From the NCBI RefSeq assembly GCF_009914755.1, contig NC_060948.1: 64,000 nucleotides of DNA. The stretch is one strand, 5' to 3'. The notes below the pieces were generated by a model. It did not search any database, was not told the DNA's origin, and saw only the letters and a program-made list of their open reading frames with translations. Below, in pieces: positions 1 through 14,100 of this stretch. Both the position numbers and the translations under genes were made by a program. Each line of letters begins with the position of its first letter. The first letter of the stretch is position 1. Origin of the DNA: the human T2T-CHM13v2.0 reference genome, Homo sapiens.

Positions 1-872
1 ATGCAATAAAATCGACTCAGATAGAGTAGAATGTAATGGAATGGAGTGCAGTGCAATGGAATGGAATGGAATGGAATGCAATGGAATGGAATGGAATGGA
101 ATGGAATGGAATGGAATGGAATGGGATGGAATGGGATGGAATGGTATGGAATGGATAGTAATGGACTGGAGTGTAATGGACTGGAAAGGAATGGACTCAA
201 ATTGAAAGGGCTCGAAAGGAATGGAGTCAAATGGAATGGTCTGGAATGGAATGAACACGAATGTAATGCAATCCAATAGAATGGAATCGAATGGCATGGA
301 ATATAAAGAAATGGAATCGAAGAGAATGGAAACAAATGGAATGGAATTGAATGGAATGGAATTGAATGGAATGGGAACGAATGGAGTGAAATTGTATGCA
401 GTAGAAGGGAATAGAATGGAATGCAAGCGAAAGGAAAGGAATGGATTGGAATGGAATGGAATTCATTGGAATGGAAGGGAATGTAGTGTAATGGACAGGC
501 CTGGAATAAAGTGGAATGCTACGGTCTCGAATGGAATAAAAATGTATGGAATGGAATGCAATGAAACGGAATCGAATGTCATAGAATGTAATGGAATGCA
601 AAAAAATGGAATCCAAAATCATTGACTGGAAAGGCTGGGTGTCGAAAGGAATTGACTCCAATGGAATGGAATCGAATGGAATGGAAGTGAATAGAATCGA
701 ACTAAATCGAATGGAATGGAATTGATAGGAACGGAATGGAAAGGAATGCAATGATTTGGCATGGAATGGAATCGAATGGCATCGAATGGAATGGAATGGA
801 ATGCAATGGAATGGAATGTATTAGAATGTAATGAACTTTAATGGAATGTACTCGAATGGATTCGACTGGAAT

Positions 873-887
873 GGAATGTTCTGGAAG
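873..887. promoter_or_regulatory. Consensus heat-shock element gGAAtgTTCtgGAAg (recurs in each unit)
   Basis: Exact nGAAnnTTCnnGAAn match. HSF1 binding at this site is inferred, not shown. Confidence 0.5.
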
Positions 888-1152
888 TGAATGGACTCCA
901 ATGGAATGGATTCAAAAGGAATGGAATCGTACGGAATGGAATCTAATGGAATGGAATTAAATGGAAATGAATCAAATTGAATAGCACGCAATTGAATTGA
1001 ATGGAATGGAATGCAATGGAATCTAATGAAACGGAAAGGAAAGGAATGGAATGGAATGGAATGGGCTGGAATGGAAAGGAATCGAAACGAATGGAATGGA
1101 ATCGAACTGAAGAGACTGGAATGGAATGCACTGGAATGGAAGGGAGTGTAAT

Positions 1153-1167
1153 GGAAGGTTCTCGAAA
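1153..1167. promoter_or_regulatory. Consensus heat-shock element gGAAggTTCtcGAAa (recurs in each unit)
   Basis: Exact nGAAnnTTCnnGAAn match. Binding is inferred. Confidence 0.5.
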
Positions 1168-2178
1168 AAAATGGAATGGAATGGAATGGAATTGAATGGA
1201 ACGGAATAGAGTCGAATGGAATTGAATGGAATGGAATGGACTAGAGTGAAATGGAATCGAACCACAAGGAATGGACAGGAATAGAATGGTCTCGAATTGA
1301 ATGGAATCGTATGGAATGGCATCAAACGGAATGGAATGGACAGCCACGGAATGGAATGCACTCGAATGCAATGGAGTCGAAACTAATGGACTGGAATAGA
1401 ATGGACTCGACTGGTACGGACTCCAATGGAATGGAATCGAATGGAAGGGAATCGAACGGAATGGACTCGAAGGGAAAAGACTGCAATGGAAAGGTCTCGA
1501 ATGGAATGGAAATTAATGGAATGGAATGGAATCGAATGAAATGGAGTCAAAAGGAATGGAATCGAATGGCAAGAAATCGAATGTAATGGAATCACAAGGA
1601 ATTGATGTGAACGGAACGGAATGGAATGGAATCCAAAGGAATGGAATAGAATGGAATGGAATCGAATGGAAAGGACTCGAATGGAAATCACTCGAATAGA
1701 ATGCAATTTAATAAAATAGGATCAAATGTAATGGAATGGAATGGAAAGGAATCCAAACGAAAGGAATGGAGACAGATGGAATGGAATGGAACAGAGAGCA
1801 ATGGTATAGAATGGAATGGAATCATCTGGAATGGAATTGAATGGAATGGAATAATATGAAATGGAATGGAATGGAATGGAATGGAATGCCCTTGAATTAA
1901 ATGGACTGGAATGGAATGGACTCGAACAGAGTGGATTGGAAAGTGTTGAGATAGAATGGAATGGACTCCTTTGGAATGGTGTAGTATGCAATGCAATCGA
2001 CTGGCAGGGAATCAAAAGGAATGTAATGGAATGGATTGGACTGGAATGCAATGGACTCGAATAGATTGGAAACGGAATGCAAAGGAATGGAATGGAATAG
2101 TATGGAATGGAATGGAAAGGAATGGAGTGGAATAGACTAGAGTGGAATGGAATGGACTGGAAAGCAATGGACTGGAAT

Positions 2179-2193
2179 GGAACTTTCTTGAAT
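2179..2193. promoter_or_regulatory. Consensus heat-shock element gGAActTTCttGAAt (recurs in each unit)
   Basis: Exact nGAAnnTTCnnGAAn match. Binding is inferred. Confidence 0.5.
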
Positions 2194-5100
2194 GGACTGG
2201 AATCAAACGGAATGGAATGCAATGCAATCAAATGGCATGGAATAAAATAGAATGAAAGAGAATCAAATGGAATTGAATCGAACGGAATCGAATGGATTGG
2301 AAAGGAATAGAATGGAATGGAATGGAATGGACTAGAATGGAATGGATTCGAATGGAAGGCAAAGGAATGGAATCTATTGGAATGGACTGTAATGGAATGG
2401 AATGGAAGGGATTGGAATGGATTCGAATGGAATGGACTGCAATAGAAAGGATTCGAATGGAATGAAAAAGAATTGAATGGAATAGAACAGAATGGAATCA
2501 AATCGAATGAAATGGAATGGAATAGAAAGGAATGGAATGAAATGGAATGGAAAGGATTCGAATGGAATGCAATCGAATGGAATGAAATCGAACGGAATGG
2601 AATAAAATGGAAGAAAACTGGCAAGAAATGGAATCGAAATGAATGGAGTGTTATGGAACGGACTCAAAAGGAATTGAATGTAATAGAATGGAGTGGAGTG
2701 GACTCGAATATAATGGACTGGAATGGAATGAAATCACATGGAATGGGAACGAATGGAATGGAATGGAAAGGAATGGAATCGAATGGAAAGGAAACGAACG
2801 GAAGGGAATGAAATTGAATCAACAGGAATGGAAGGGAATAGAATAGACGGTAATGGAATGGACTCGAATAGAATGGACACGAATGCTGAAATCGAATGGA
2901 CTCGAATGGAATGGAAACGAAAGGAATGTCATCGAATGGAATTGAATCGATTGGAATGAAATCGCATAGAATGGAGTGGAATCAAATGGAATTGAATCGA
3001 AAGGAAAGGAAGCGAATGGACTGAAATGAAATGGAATGGAATTGAATGGAAAGTAATGCAATGGAATAGAATGGAACGAAATTTCACGGAATGGAATCAA
3101 ACTGAATGGAATCAAATCAATGGAATCAAATCAAATGGAATGGAAAGGAATTGAATGGAGTAGATTGGATTGGACGGGATTGGAATGAAATGTACTGGAA
3201 AGGACTCGAATTTCATGAAACGGAATGGAATGAATTGGAACGGAATGGACTCGAATGGAATGGAATGTCATGGAATGGCATCAAATGGAATGGTATCAAA
3301 TGGAATGGAATCGAATGCAATGGAATGCTATGGAATGGAATGGAATGCATTGGAATGGAATGTCCTCTAATGGAATGGATTCGAGTGGAATGGAATCGAA
3401 TATAATGGAGTCGAATGAAATGGAATTGAAAGGAATGGGATCGAATACAATGGAATATACTGGAATGTAATGTAATGAACTCGAATGTAATTGACTGGAA
3501 TGGAATGTACATGAATGGAATGTAATCGAATGGAAAGTAATCCAATGGAATAGAATCTAATGCAATAAAATCGACTCAGATAGAGTAGAATGTAATGGAA
3601 TGGAGTGTAGTGCAATGGAATGGAATGGAATGGAATGCAATTGAATGGAATGGAATGGAATGGAATGGAATGGGATGGAATGGTATGGAATGGATAGTAA
3701 TGGACTGGAGTGAAATGGACTGGAAAGGAATGGACTCAAATTGAAAGGGCTCGAAAGGAATGGAGTCAAATGGAATGGTCTGGAATGGAATGAACACGAA
3801 TGTAATGCAATCCGATAGAATGGAATCGAATGGCATGGAATATAAAGAAATGGAATCGAAGAGAATGGAAACAAATGGAATGGAATTGAATGGAATGGAA
3901 TTGAATGGAATGCGAACGAATGGAGTGAAATTGTATGCAGTAGAAGGGAATAGAATGGAATGCAAGCGAAAGGAAAGGAATGGATTGGAATGGAATGGAA
4001 TTCATTGGAATGGAAGGGAATGTAGTGTAATGGACAGGCCTGGAATAAAGTGGAATGCTACTGTCTCGAATGGAATAAAAATGTATGGAATGGAATGCAA
4101 TGAAACGGAATCGAATGTCATAGAATGTAATGGAATGCAAAAAAATGGAATCCAAAATCATTGACTGGAAAGGCTGGGTGTCGAAAGGAATTGACTCCAA
4201 TGGAATGGAATCGAATGGAATGGAAGTGAATAGAATCGAACTAAATCGAATGGAATGGAATTGATAGGAACGGAATGGAAAGGAATGCAATGATTTGGCA
4301 TGGAATGGAATCGAATGGCATCGAATGGAATGGAATGGAATGCAATGGAATGGAATGTATTAGAATGTAATGAACTTTAATGGAATGTACTCGAATGGAT
4401 TCGACTGGAATGGAATGTTCTGGAAGTGAATGGACTCCAATGGAATGGATTCAAAAGGAATGGAATCGTACGGAATGGAATCTAATGGAATGGAATTAAA
4501 TGGAAATGAATCAAATTGAATAGCACGGAATTGAATTGAATGGAATGGAATGCAATGGAATCTAATGAAACGGAAAGGAAAGGAATGGAATGGAATGGAA
4601 TGGGCTGGAATGGAAAGGAATCGAAACGAATGGAATGGAATCGAACTGAAGAGACTGGAATGGAATGCACTGGAATGGAAGGGAGTGTAATGGAAGGTTC
4701 TCGAAAAAAATGGAATCGAATGGAATGGAATTGAATGGAACGGAATAGAGTCGAATGGAATTGAATGGAATGGAATGGACTAGAGTGAAATGGAATCGAA
4801 CCACAAGGAATGGACAGGAATAGAATGGTCTCGAATTGAATGGAATCGTATGGAATGGCATCAAACGGAATGGAATGGACAGCCACGGAATGGAATGCAC
4901 TCGAATGCAATGGAGTCGAAACTAATGGACTGGAATAGAATGGACTCGACTGGTACGGACTCCAATGGAATGGAATCGAATGGAAGGGAATCGAACGGAA
5001 TGGACTCGAAGGGAAAAGACTGCAATGGAAAGGTCTCGAATGGAATGGAAATTAATGGAATGGAATGGAATCGAATGAAATGGAGTCAAAAGGAATGGAA

Positions 5101-8100
5101 TCGAATGGCAAGAAATCGAATGTAATGGAATCGCAAGGAATTGATGTGAACGGAACGGAATGGAATGGAATCCAAACGAATGGAATAGAATGGAATGGAA
5201 TCGAATGGAAAGGACTCGAATGGAAATCACTCGAATAGAATGCAATTTAATAAAATAGGATCAAATGTAATGGAATGGAATGGAAAGGAATCGAAACGAA
5301 AGGAATGGAGACAGATGGAATGGAATGGAACAGAGAGCAATGGTATAGAATGGAATGGAATCATCTGGAATGGAATTGAATGGAATGGAATAATATGAAA
5401 AGGAATGGAATGGAATGGAATGGAATGTCCTTGAATTAAATGGACTGGAATGGAATGGACTCGAACAGAGTGGAATGGAAAGTGTTGAGATAGAATGGAA
5501 TGGACTCCTTTGGAATGGTGTAGTATGCAATGCAATCGACTGGCAGGGAATCAAAAGGAATGTAATGGAATGGATTGGACTGGAATGCAATGGACTCGAA
5601 TAGATTGGAAACGGAATGCAAAGGAATGGAATGGAATAGTATGGAATGGAATGGAAAGGAATGGAGTGGAATAGACTAGAGTGGAATGGAATGGACTGGA
5701 AAGCAATGGACTGGAATGGAACTTTCTTGAATGGACTGGAATCAAACGGAATGGAATGCAATGCAATCAAATGGCATGGAATAAAATAGAATGAAAGAGA
5801 ATCAAATGGAATTGAATCGAATGGAATCGAATGGATTGGAAAGGAATAGAATGGAATGGAATGGAATGGACTAGAATGGAATGGATTCGAATGGAAGGCA
5901 AAGGAATGGAATCTATTGGAATGGACTGTAATGGAATGGAATGGAAGGGATTGGAATGGACTCGAATGGAATGGACTGCAATAGAAAGGATTCGAATGGA
6001 ATGAAAAAGAATTGAATGGAATAGAACAGAATGGAATCAAATCGAATGAAATGGAATGGAATAGAAAGGAATGGAATGAAATGGAATGGAAAGGATTCGA
6101 ATGGAATGCAATCGAATGGAATGGAATCGAACGGAATGGAATAAAATGGAAGAAAACTGGCAAGAAATGGAATCGAAATGAATGGAGTGTTATGGAACGG
6201 ACTCAAAAGGAATTGAATGTAATAGAATGGAGTGGAGTGGACTCGAATATAATGGACTGGAATGGAATGAAATCACATGGAATGGGAACGAATGGAATGG
6301 AATGGAAAGGAATGGAATCGAATGGAAAGGAATCGAATGGAAGGGAATGCAATTGAATCAACAGGAATGGAAGGGAATAGAATAGACGGTAATGGAATGG
6401 ACTCGAATAGAATGGACACGAATGCTGAAATTGAATGGACTCGAATGGAATGGAAACGAAAGGAATGTCATCGAATGGAATTGAATCGATTGGAATGAAA
6501 TCGCATAGAATGGAGTGGAATCAAATGGAATTGAATCGAAAGGAAAGGAAGCGAATGGACTGAAATGAAATGGAATGGAATTGAATGGAAAGTAATGCAA
6601 TGGAATAGAATGGAACGAAATTTCACGGAATGGAATCAAACTGAATGGAATCAAATCAATGGAATCAAATCAAATGGAATGGAAAGGAATTGAATGGAGT
6701 AGATTGGATTGGATGGGATTGGAATGAAATGTACTGGAAAGGACTCGAATTTCATGAAACGGAATGGAATGAATTAGAACGGAATGGACTCGAATGGAAT
6801 GGAAAGTCATGGAATGGCATCAAATGGAATGGCATCAAATGGAATGGAATAGAATGCAATGGAATGCTAAGGAATGGAATGGAATGCATTGGAATGGAAT
6901 GTCCTCTAATGGAATGGATTCGAGTGGAATGGAATCGAATATAATGGAGTCGAATGAAATGGAATTGGAAGGAATGGGATCGAATACAATGGAATATACT
7001 GGAATGTAATGTAATGAACTCGAATGTAATTGACTGGAATGGAATGTACATGAATGGAATGTAATCGAATGGAAAGTAATCCAATGGAATAGAATCTAAT
7101 GCAATAAAATCGACTCAGATAGAGTAGAATGTAATGGAATGGAGTGCAGTGCAATGGAATGGAATGGAATGGAATGCAATGGAATGGAATGGAATGGAAT
7201 GGAATGGAATGGAATGGAATGGGATGGAATGGTATGGAATGGACAGTAATGGACTGGAGTGAAATGGACTGGAAAGGAATGGACTCAAATTGAAAGGGCT
7301 CGAAAGGAATAGAGACAAATGGAATGGTCTGGAATGGAATGAACACGAATGTAATGCAATCCAATAGAATGGAATCGAATGGCATGGAATATAAAGAAAT
7401 GGAATCGAAGAGAATGGAAACAAATGGAATGGAATTGAATGGAATGGAATTGAATGGAATGGGAACGAATGGAGTGAAATTGTATGCAGTAGAAGGGAAT
7501 AGAATGGAATGCAAGCGAAAGGAAAGGAATGGATTAGAATGGAATGGAATTCATTGGAATGGAAGGGAATGTAGTGTAATGGACAGGCCTGGAATAAAGT
7601 GGAATGCTACGGTCTCGAATGGAATAAAAATGTATGGAATGGAATGCAATGAAACGGAATCGAATGTCATAGAATGTAATGGAATGCAACAAAATGGAAT
7701 CCAAAATCATTGACTGGAAAGGCTGGGTGTCGAAAGGAATTGACTCCAATGGAATGGAATCGAATGGAATGGAAGTGAATAGAATCGAACTAAATCGAAT
7801 GGAATGGAATTGATAGGAACGGAATGGAAAGGAATGCAATGATTTGGCATGGAATGGAATCGAATGGCATCGAATGGAATGGAATGGAATGCAATGGAAT
7901 GGAATGTATTAGAATGTAATGAACTTTAATGGAATGTACTCGAATGGATTCGACTGGAATGGAATGTTCTGGAAGTGAATGGACTCCAATGGAATGGATT
8001 CAAAAGGAATGGAATCGTACGGAATGGAATCCAATGGGATGGGATTAAATGGAAATGAATCAAATTGAATAGCACGGAATTGAATTGAATGGAATGGAAT

Positions 8101-11100
8101 GCAATGGAATCTAATGAAACGGAAAGGAAAGGAATGGAATGGAATGGAATGGGCTGGAATGGAAAGGAATCGAAACGAATGGAATGGAATCGAACTGAAG
8201 AGACTGGAATGGAATGCACTGGAATGGAAGGGAGTGTAATGGAAGGTTCTCGAAAAAAATGGAATCGAATGGAATGGAATTGAATGGAACGGAATAGAGT
8301 CGAATGGAATTGAATGGAATGGAATGGACTAGAGTGAAATGGAATCGAACCACAAGGAATGGACAGGAATAGAATGGTCTCGAATTGAATGGGATCGTAT
8401 GGAATGGCATCAAACGGAATGGAATGGACAGCCACGGAATGGAATGCACTCGAATGCAATGGAGTCGAAACTAATGGACTGGAATAGAATGGACTCGACT
8501 GGTACGGACTCCAATGGAATGGAATCGAATGGAAGGGAATCGAACGGAATGGACTCGAAGGGAAAAGACTGCAATGGAAAGGTCTCGAATGGAATGGAAA
8601 TTAATGGAATGGAATGGAATCGAATGAAATGGAGTCAAAAGGAATGGAATCGAATGGCAAGAAATCGAATGTAATGGAATCGCAAGGAATTGATGTGAAC
8701 GGAACGGAATGGAATGGAATCCAAAGGAATGGAATAGAATGGAATGGAATCGAATGGAAAGGACTCGAATGGAAATCACTGGAATAGAATGCAATTTAAT
8801 AAAATAGGAACAAATGTAATGGAATGGAATGGAAAGGAATCGAAATGAAAGGAATGGAGACAGATGGAATGGAATGGAACAGAGAGCAATGGTATAGAAT
8901 GGAATGGAATCATCTGGAATGGAATTGAATGGAATGGAATAATATGAAATGGAATGGAATGGAATGGAATGGAATGGAATGCCCTTGAATTAAATGGACT
9001 GGACTCGAACAGAGTGGAATGGAAAGTGTTGAGATAGAATGGAATGGACTCCTTTGGAATGGTGTAGTATGCAATGCAATCGACTGGCATGGAATCAAAA
9101 GGAATGTAATGGAATGGATTGGACTGGAATGCAATGGACTCGAATAGATTGCAAACGGAATGCAAAGGAATGGAATGGAATAGTATGGAATGGAATGGAA
9201 AGGAATGGAGTGGAATAGACTAGAGTGGAATGGAATGGACTGGAAAGCAATGGACTGGAATGGAACTTTCTTGAATGGACTGGAATCAAACGGAATGGAA
9301 TGCAATGCAATCAAATGGCATGGAATAAAATAGAATGAAAGAGAATCAAATGGAATTGAATCGAATGGAATCGAATGGATTGGAAAGGAATAGAATGGAA
9401 TGGAATGGAATTGACTCAAATGGAATGGACTAGAATGGAATGGATTCGAATGGAAGGCAAAGGAATGGAATCTATTGGAATGGACTGTAATGGAATGGAA
9501 TGGAAGGGATTGGAATGGACTCGAATGGAATGGACTGCAATAGAAAGGATTCGAATGGAATGAAAAAGAATTGAATGGAATAGAACAGAATGGAATCAAA
9601 TCGAATGAAATGGAATGGAATAGAAAGGAATGGAATGAAATGGAATGGAAAGGATTCGAATGGAATGCAATCGAATGGAATGGAATCGAACGGAATGGAA
9701 TAAAATGGAAGAAAACAGGCAAGAAATGGAATCGAAAGGAATGGAGTGTTATGGAACGGACTCAAAAGGAATTGAATGTAATAGAATGGAGTGGAGTGGA
9801 CTCGAATATAATGGACTGGAATGGAATGAAATCACATGGAATGGGAACGAATGGAATGGAATGGAAAGGAATGGAATCGAATGGAAAGGAATCGAATGGA
9901 AGGGAATGAAATTGAATCAACAGGAATGGAAGGGAATAGAATAGACGGTAATGGAATGGACTCGAATAGAATGGACACGAATGCTGAAATTGAATGGACT
10001 CGAATGGAATGGAAACGAAAGGAATGTCATCGAATGGAATTGAATCGATTGGAATGAAATCGCATAGAATGGAGTGGAATCAAATGGAATTGAATCGAAA
10101 GGAAAGGAAGCGAATGGACTGAAATGAAATGGAATGGAATTGAATGGAAAGTAATGCAATGGAATAGAATGGAACGAAATTTCACGGAATGGAATCAAAC
10201 TGAATGGAATCAAATCAATGGAATCAAATCAAATGGAATGGAAAGGAATTGAATGGAGTAGATTGGATTGGATGGGATTGGAATGAAATGTACTGGAAAG
10301 GACTCGAATTTCATGAAACGGAATGGAATGAATTGGAACGGAATGGACTCGAATGGAATGGAATGTCATGGAATGGCATCAAATGGAATGGCATCAAATG
10401 GAATGGAATCGAATGCAATGGAATGCTATGGAATGGAATGGAATGCATTGGAATGGAATGTCCCCTAATGGAATGGATTCGAGTGGAATGGAATCGAATA
10501 TAATGGAGTCGAATGAAATGGAATTGAAAAGAATGGGATCGAATAGAATGGAATATACTGGAATGTAATGTAATGAACTCGAATGTAATTGACTGGAATG
10601 GAATGTACATGAATGGAATGTAATCGAATGGAAAGTAATCCAATGGAATAGAATCTAATGCAATAAAATCGACTCAGATAGAGTAGAATGTAATGGAATG
10701 GAGTGCAGTGCAATGGAATGGAATGGAATGGAATGCAATGGAATGGAATGGAATGGAATGGAATGGAATGGAATGGGATGGAATGGTATGGAATGGATAG
10801 TAATGGACTGGAGTGAAATGGACTGGAAAGGAATGGACTCAAATTGAAAGGGCTCGAAAGGAATGGAGTCAAATGGAATGGTCTGGAATGGAATGAACAC
10901 GAATGTAATGCAATCCAATAGAATGGAATCGAATGGCATGGAATATAAAGAAATGGAATCGAAGAGAATGGAAACAAATGGAATGGAATTGAATGGAATG
11001 GAATTGAATGGAATGGGAACGAATGGAGTGAAATTGTATGCAGTAGAAGGGAATAGAATGGAATGCAAGCGAAAGGAAAGGAATGGATTGGAATGGAATG

Positions 11101-14100
11101 GAATTCATTGGAATGGAAGGGAATGTAGTGTAATGGACAGGCCTGGAATAAAGTGGAATGCTACGGTCTCGAATGGAATAAAAATGTATGGAATGGAATG
11201 CAATGAAACGGAATCGAATGTCATAGAATGTAATGGAATGCAAAAAAATGGAATCCAAAATCATTGACTGGAAAGGCTGGGTGTCGAAAGGAATTGACTC
11301 CAATGGAATGGAATCGAATGGAATGGAAGTGAATAGAATCGAACTAAATCGAATGGAATGGAATTGATAGGAACGGAATGGAAAGGAATGCAATGATTTG
11401 GCATGGAATGGAATCGAATGGCATCGAATGGAATGGAATGGAATGCAATGGAATGGAATGTATTAGAATGTAATGAACTTTAATGGAATGTACTCGAATG
11501 GATTCGACTGGAATGGAATGTTCTGGAAGTGAATGGACTCCAATGGAATGGATTCCAAAGGAATGGAATCGTACGGAATGGAATCTAATGGAATGGAATT
11601 AAATGGAAATGAATCAAATTGAATAGCACGGAATTGAATTGAATGGAATGGAATGCAATGGAATCTAATGAAACAGAAAGGAAAGTAATGGAATGGAATG
11701 GAATGGACTGGAATGGAAAGGAATCGAAACGAATGGAATGGAATCGAACTGAAGAGACTGGAATGGAATGCACTGGAATGGAAGGGAGTGTAATGGAAGG
11801 TTCTCGAAAAAAATGGAATCGAATGGAATGGAATTGAATGGAACGGAATAGACTCGAATGGAATTGAATGGAATGGAATGGACTAGAGTGAAATGGAATC
11901 GAACCACAAGGAATGGACATGAATAGAATGGTCTCGAATTGAATGGAATCGTATGGAATGGCATCAAACGGAATGGAATGGACAGCCACGGAATGGAATG
12001 CACTCGAATGCAATGGAGTCGAAACTAATGGACTGGAATAGAATGGACTCGACTGGTACGGACTCCAATGGAATGGAATCGAATGGAAGGGAATCGAACG
12101 GAATGGACTCGAAGGGAAATGACTGCAATGGAAAGGTCTCGAATGGAATGGAAATTAATGGAATGGAATGGAATCGAATGAAATGGAGTCAAAAGGAATG
12201 GAATCGAATGGCAAGAAATCGAATGTAATGGAATCACAAGGAATTGATGTGAACGGAACGGAATGGAATGGAATCCAAAGGAATGGAATAGAATGGAATG
12301 GAATCGAATGGAAAGGACTCGAATGGAAATCACTCGAATAGAATGCAATTTAATAAAATAGGATCAAATGTAATGGAATGGAATGGAAAGGAATCGAAAC
12401 GAAAGGAATGGAGACAGATGGAATGGAATGGAACAGAGAGCAATGGTATAGAATGGAATGGAATCATCTGGAATGGAATTGAATGGAATGGAATAATATG
12501 AAATGGAATGGAATGGAATGGAATGGAATGCCCTTGAATTAAATGGACTGGAATGGAATGGACTCGAACAGAGTGGAATGGAAAGTGTTGAGATAGAATG
12601 GAATGGACTCCTTTGGAATGGTCTAGTATGCAATGCAATCGACTGGCAGGGAATCAAAAGGAATGTAATCGAATGGATTGGACTGGAATGCAATGGACTC
12701 GAATAGATTGCAAACGGAATGCAAAGGAATGGAATGGAATATTATGGAATGGAATGGAAAGGAATGGAGTGGAATAGACTAGAGTGGAATGGAATGGACT
12801 GGAAAGAAATGGACTGGAATGGAACTTTCTTGAATGGACTGGAATCAAACGGAATGGAATGCAATGCAATCAAATGGCATGGAATAAAATAGAATGAAAG
12901 AGAATCAAATAAAATTGAATCGAATGGAATCGAATGGATTGGAAAGGAATAGAATGGAATGGAATGGAATTGACTCAAATGGAATGGACTAGAATGGAAT
13001 GGATTCGAATGGAAGGCAAAGGAATGGAATCTATTGGAATGGACTGTAATGGAATGGAATGGAAGGGATTGGAATGGACTCGAATGGAATGGACTGCAAT
13101 AGAAAGGATTCGAATGGAATGAAAAAGAATTGAATGGAATAAAACAGAATGGAATGAAATCGAATGAAATGGAATGGAATAGAAAGGAATGGAATGAAAT
13201 GGAATGGAAAGGATTCGAATGGAATGCAATCGAATGGAATGGAATCGAACGGAATGGAATAAAATGGAAGAAAACTGGCAAGAAATGGAATCGAAATGAA
13301 TGGAGTGTTATGGAACGGACTCAAAAGGAATTGAATGTAATAGAATGGAGTGGAGTGGACTCGAATATAATGGACTGGAATGGAATGAAATCACATGGAA
13401 TGGGAACGAATGGAAAGGAATGGAATCGAATGGAAAGGAATCGAATGGAAGGGAATGAAATTGAATCAACAGGAATGGAAGGGAATAGAATAGACGGTAA
13501 TGGAATGGACTCGAATAGAATGGACACGAATGCTCAAATTGAATGGACTCGAATGGAATGGAAACGAAAGGAATGTCATCGAATGGAATTGAATCGATTG
13601 GAATGAAATCGCATAGAATGGAGTGGAATCAAATGGAATTGAATCGAAAGGAAAGGAAGCGAATGGACTGAAATGAAATGGAATGGAATTGAATGGAAAG
13701 TAATGCAATGGAATAGAATGGAACGAAATTTCACGGAATGGAATCAAACTGAATGGAATCAAATCAATGGAATCAAATCAAATGGAATGGAAAGGAATTG
13801 AATGGAGTAGATTGGATTGGATGGGATTGGAATGAAATGTACTGGAAAGGACTCGAATTTCATGAAACGGAATGGAATGAATTGGAACGGAATGGACTCG
13901 AATGGAATGGAATGTCATGGAATGGCATCAAATGGAATGGCATCAAATGGAATGGAATCGAATGCAATGGAATGCTATGGAATGGAATGGAATGCATTGG
14001 AATGGAATGTCCCCTAATGGAATGGATTCGAGTGGAATGGAATCGAATATAATGGAGTCGAATGAAATGGAATTGAAAAGAATGGGATCGAATAGAATGG

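Larger units (their letters stand above)
497..4035 (+). repeat. Representative full-length macro-unit (3539 bp, StuI to StuI)
   Basis: Unique landmarks recur in the same order in every full unit: ggctgggtgtcg, gacagccacgg, gactggtacgg, gagacagatgg, ctcctttgg, aaaactggcaag, tcctctaatgg, cgactcagatagag. Confidence 0.95.

Noticed and set aside
630-645. ggctgggtgtcg and other distinctive short words as foreign inserts
   Set aside because: They stay in pentamer register and are best explained as accumulated substitutions.
5-2610. AATAAA hexamers (5, 505, 535, 1710, 2241, 2601) as polyadenylation signals
   Set aside because: They arise easily from GGAAT decay in A-rich sequence, and there is no transcript evidence or clear downstream element.
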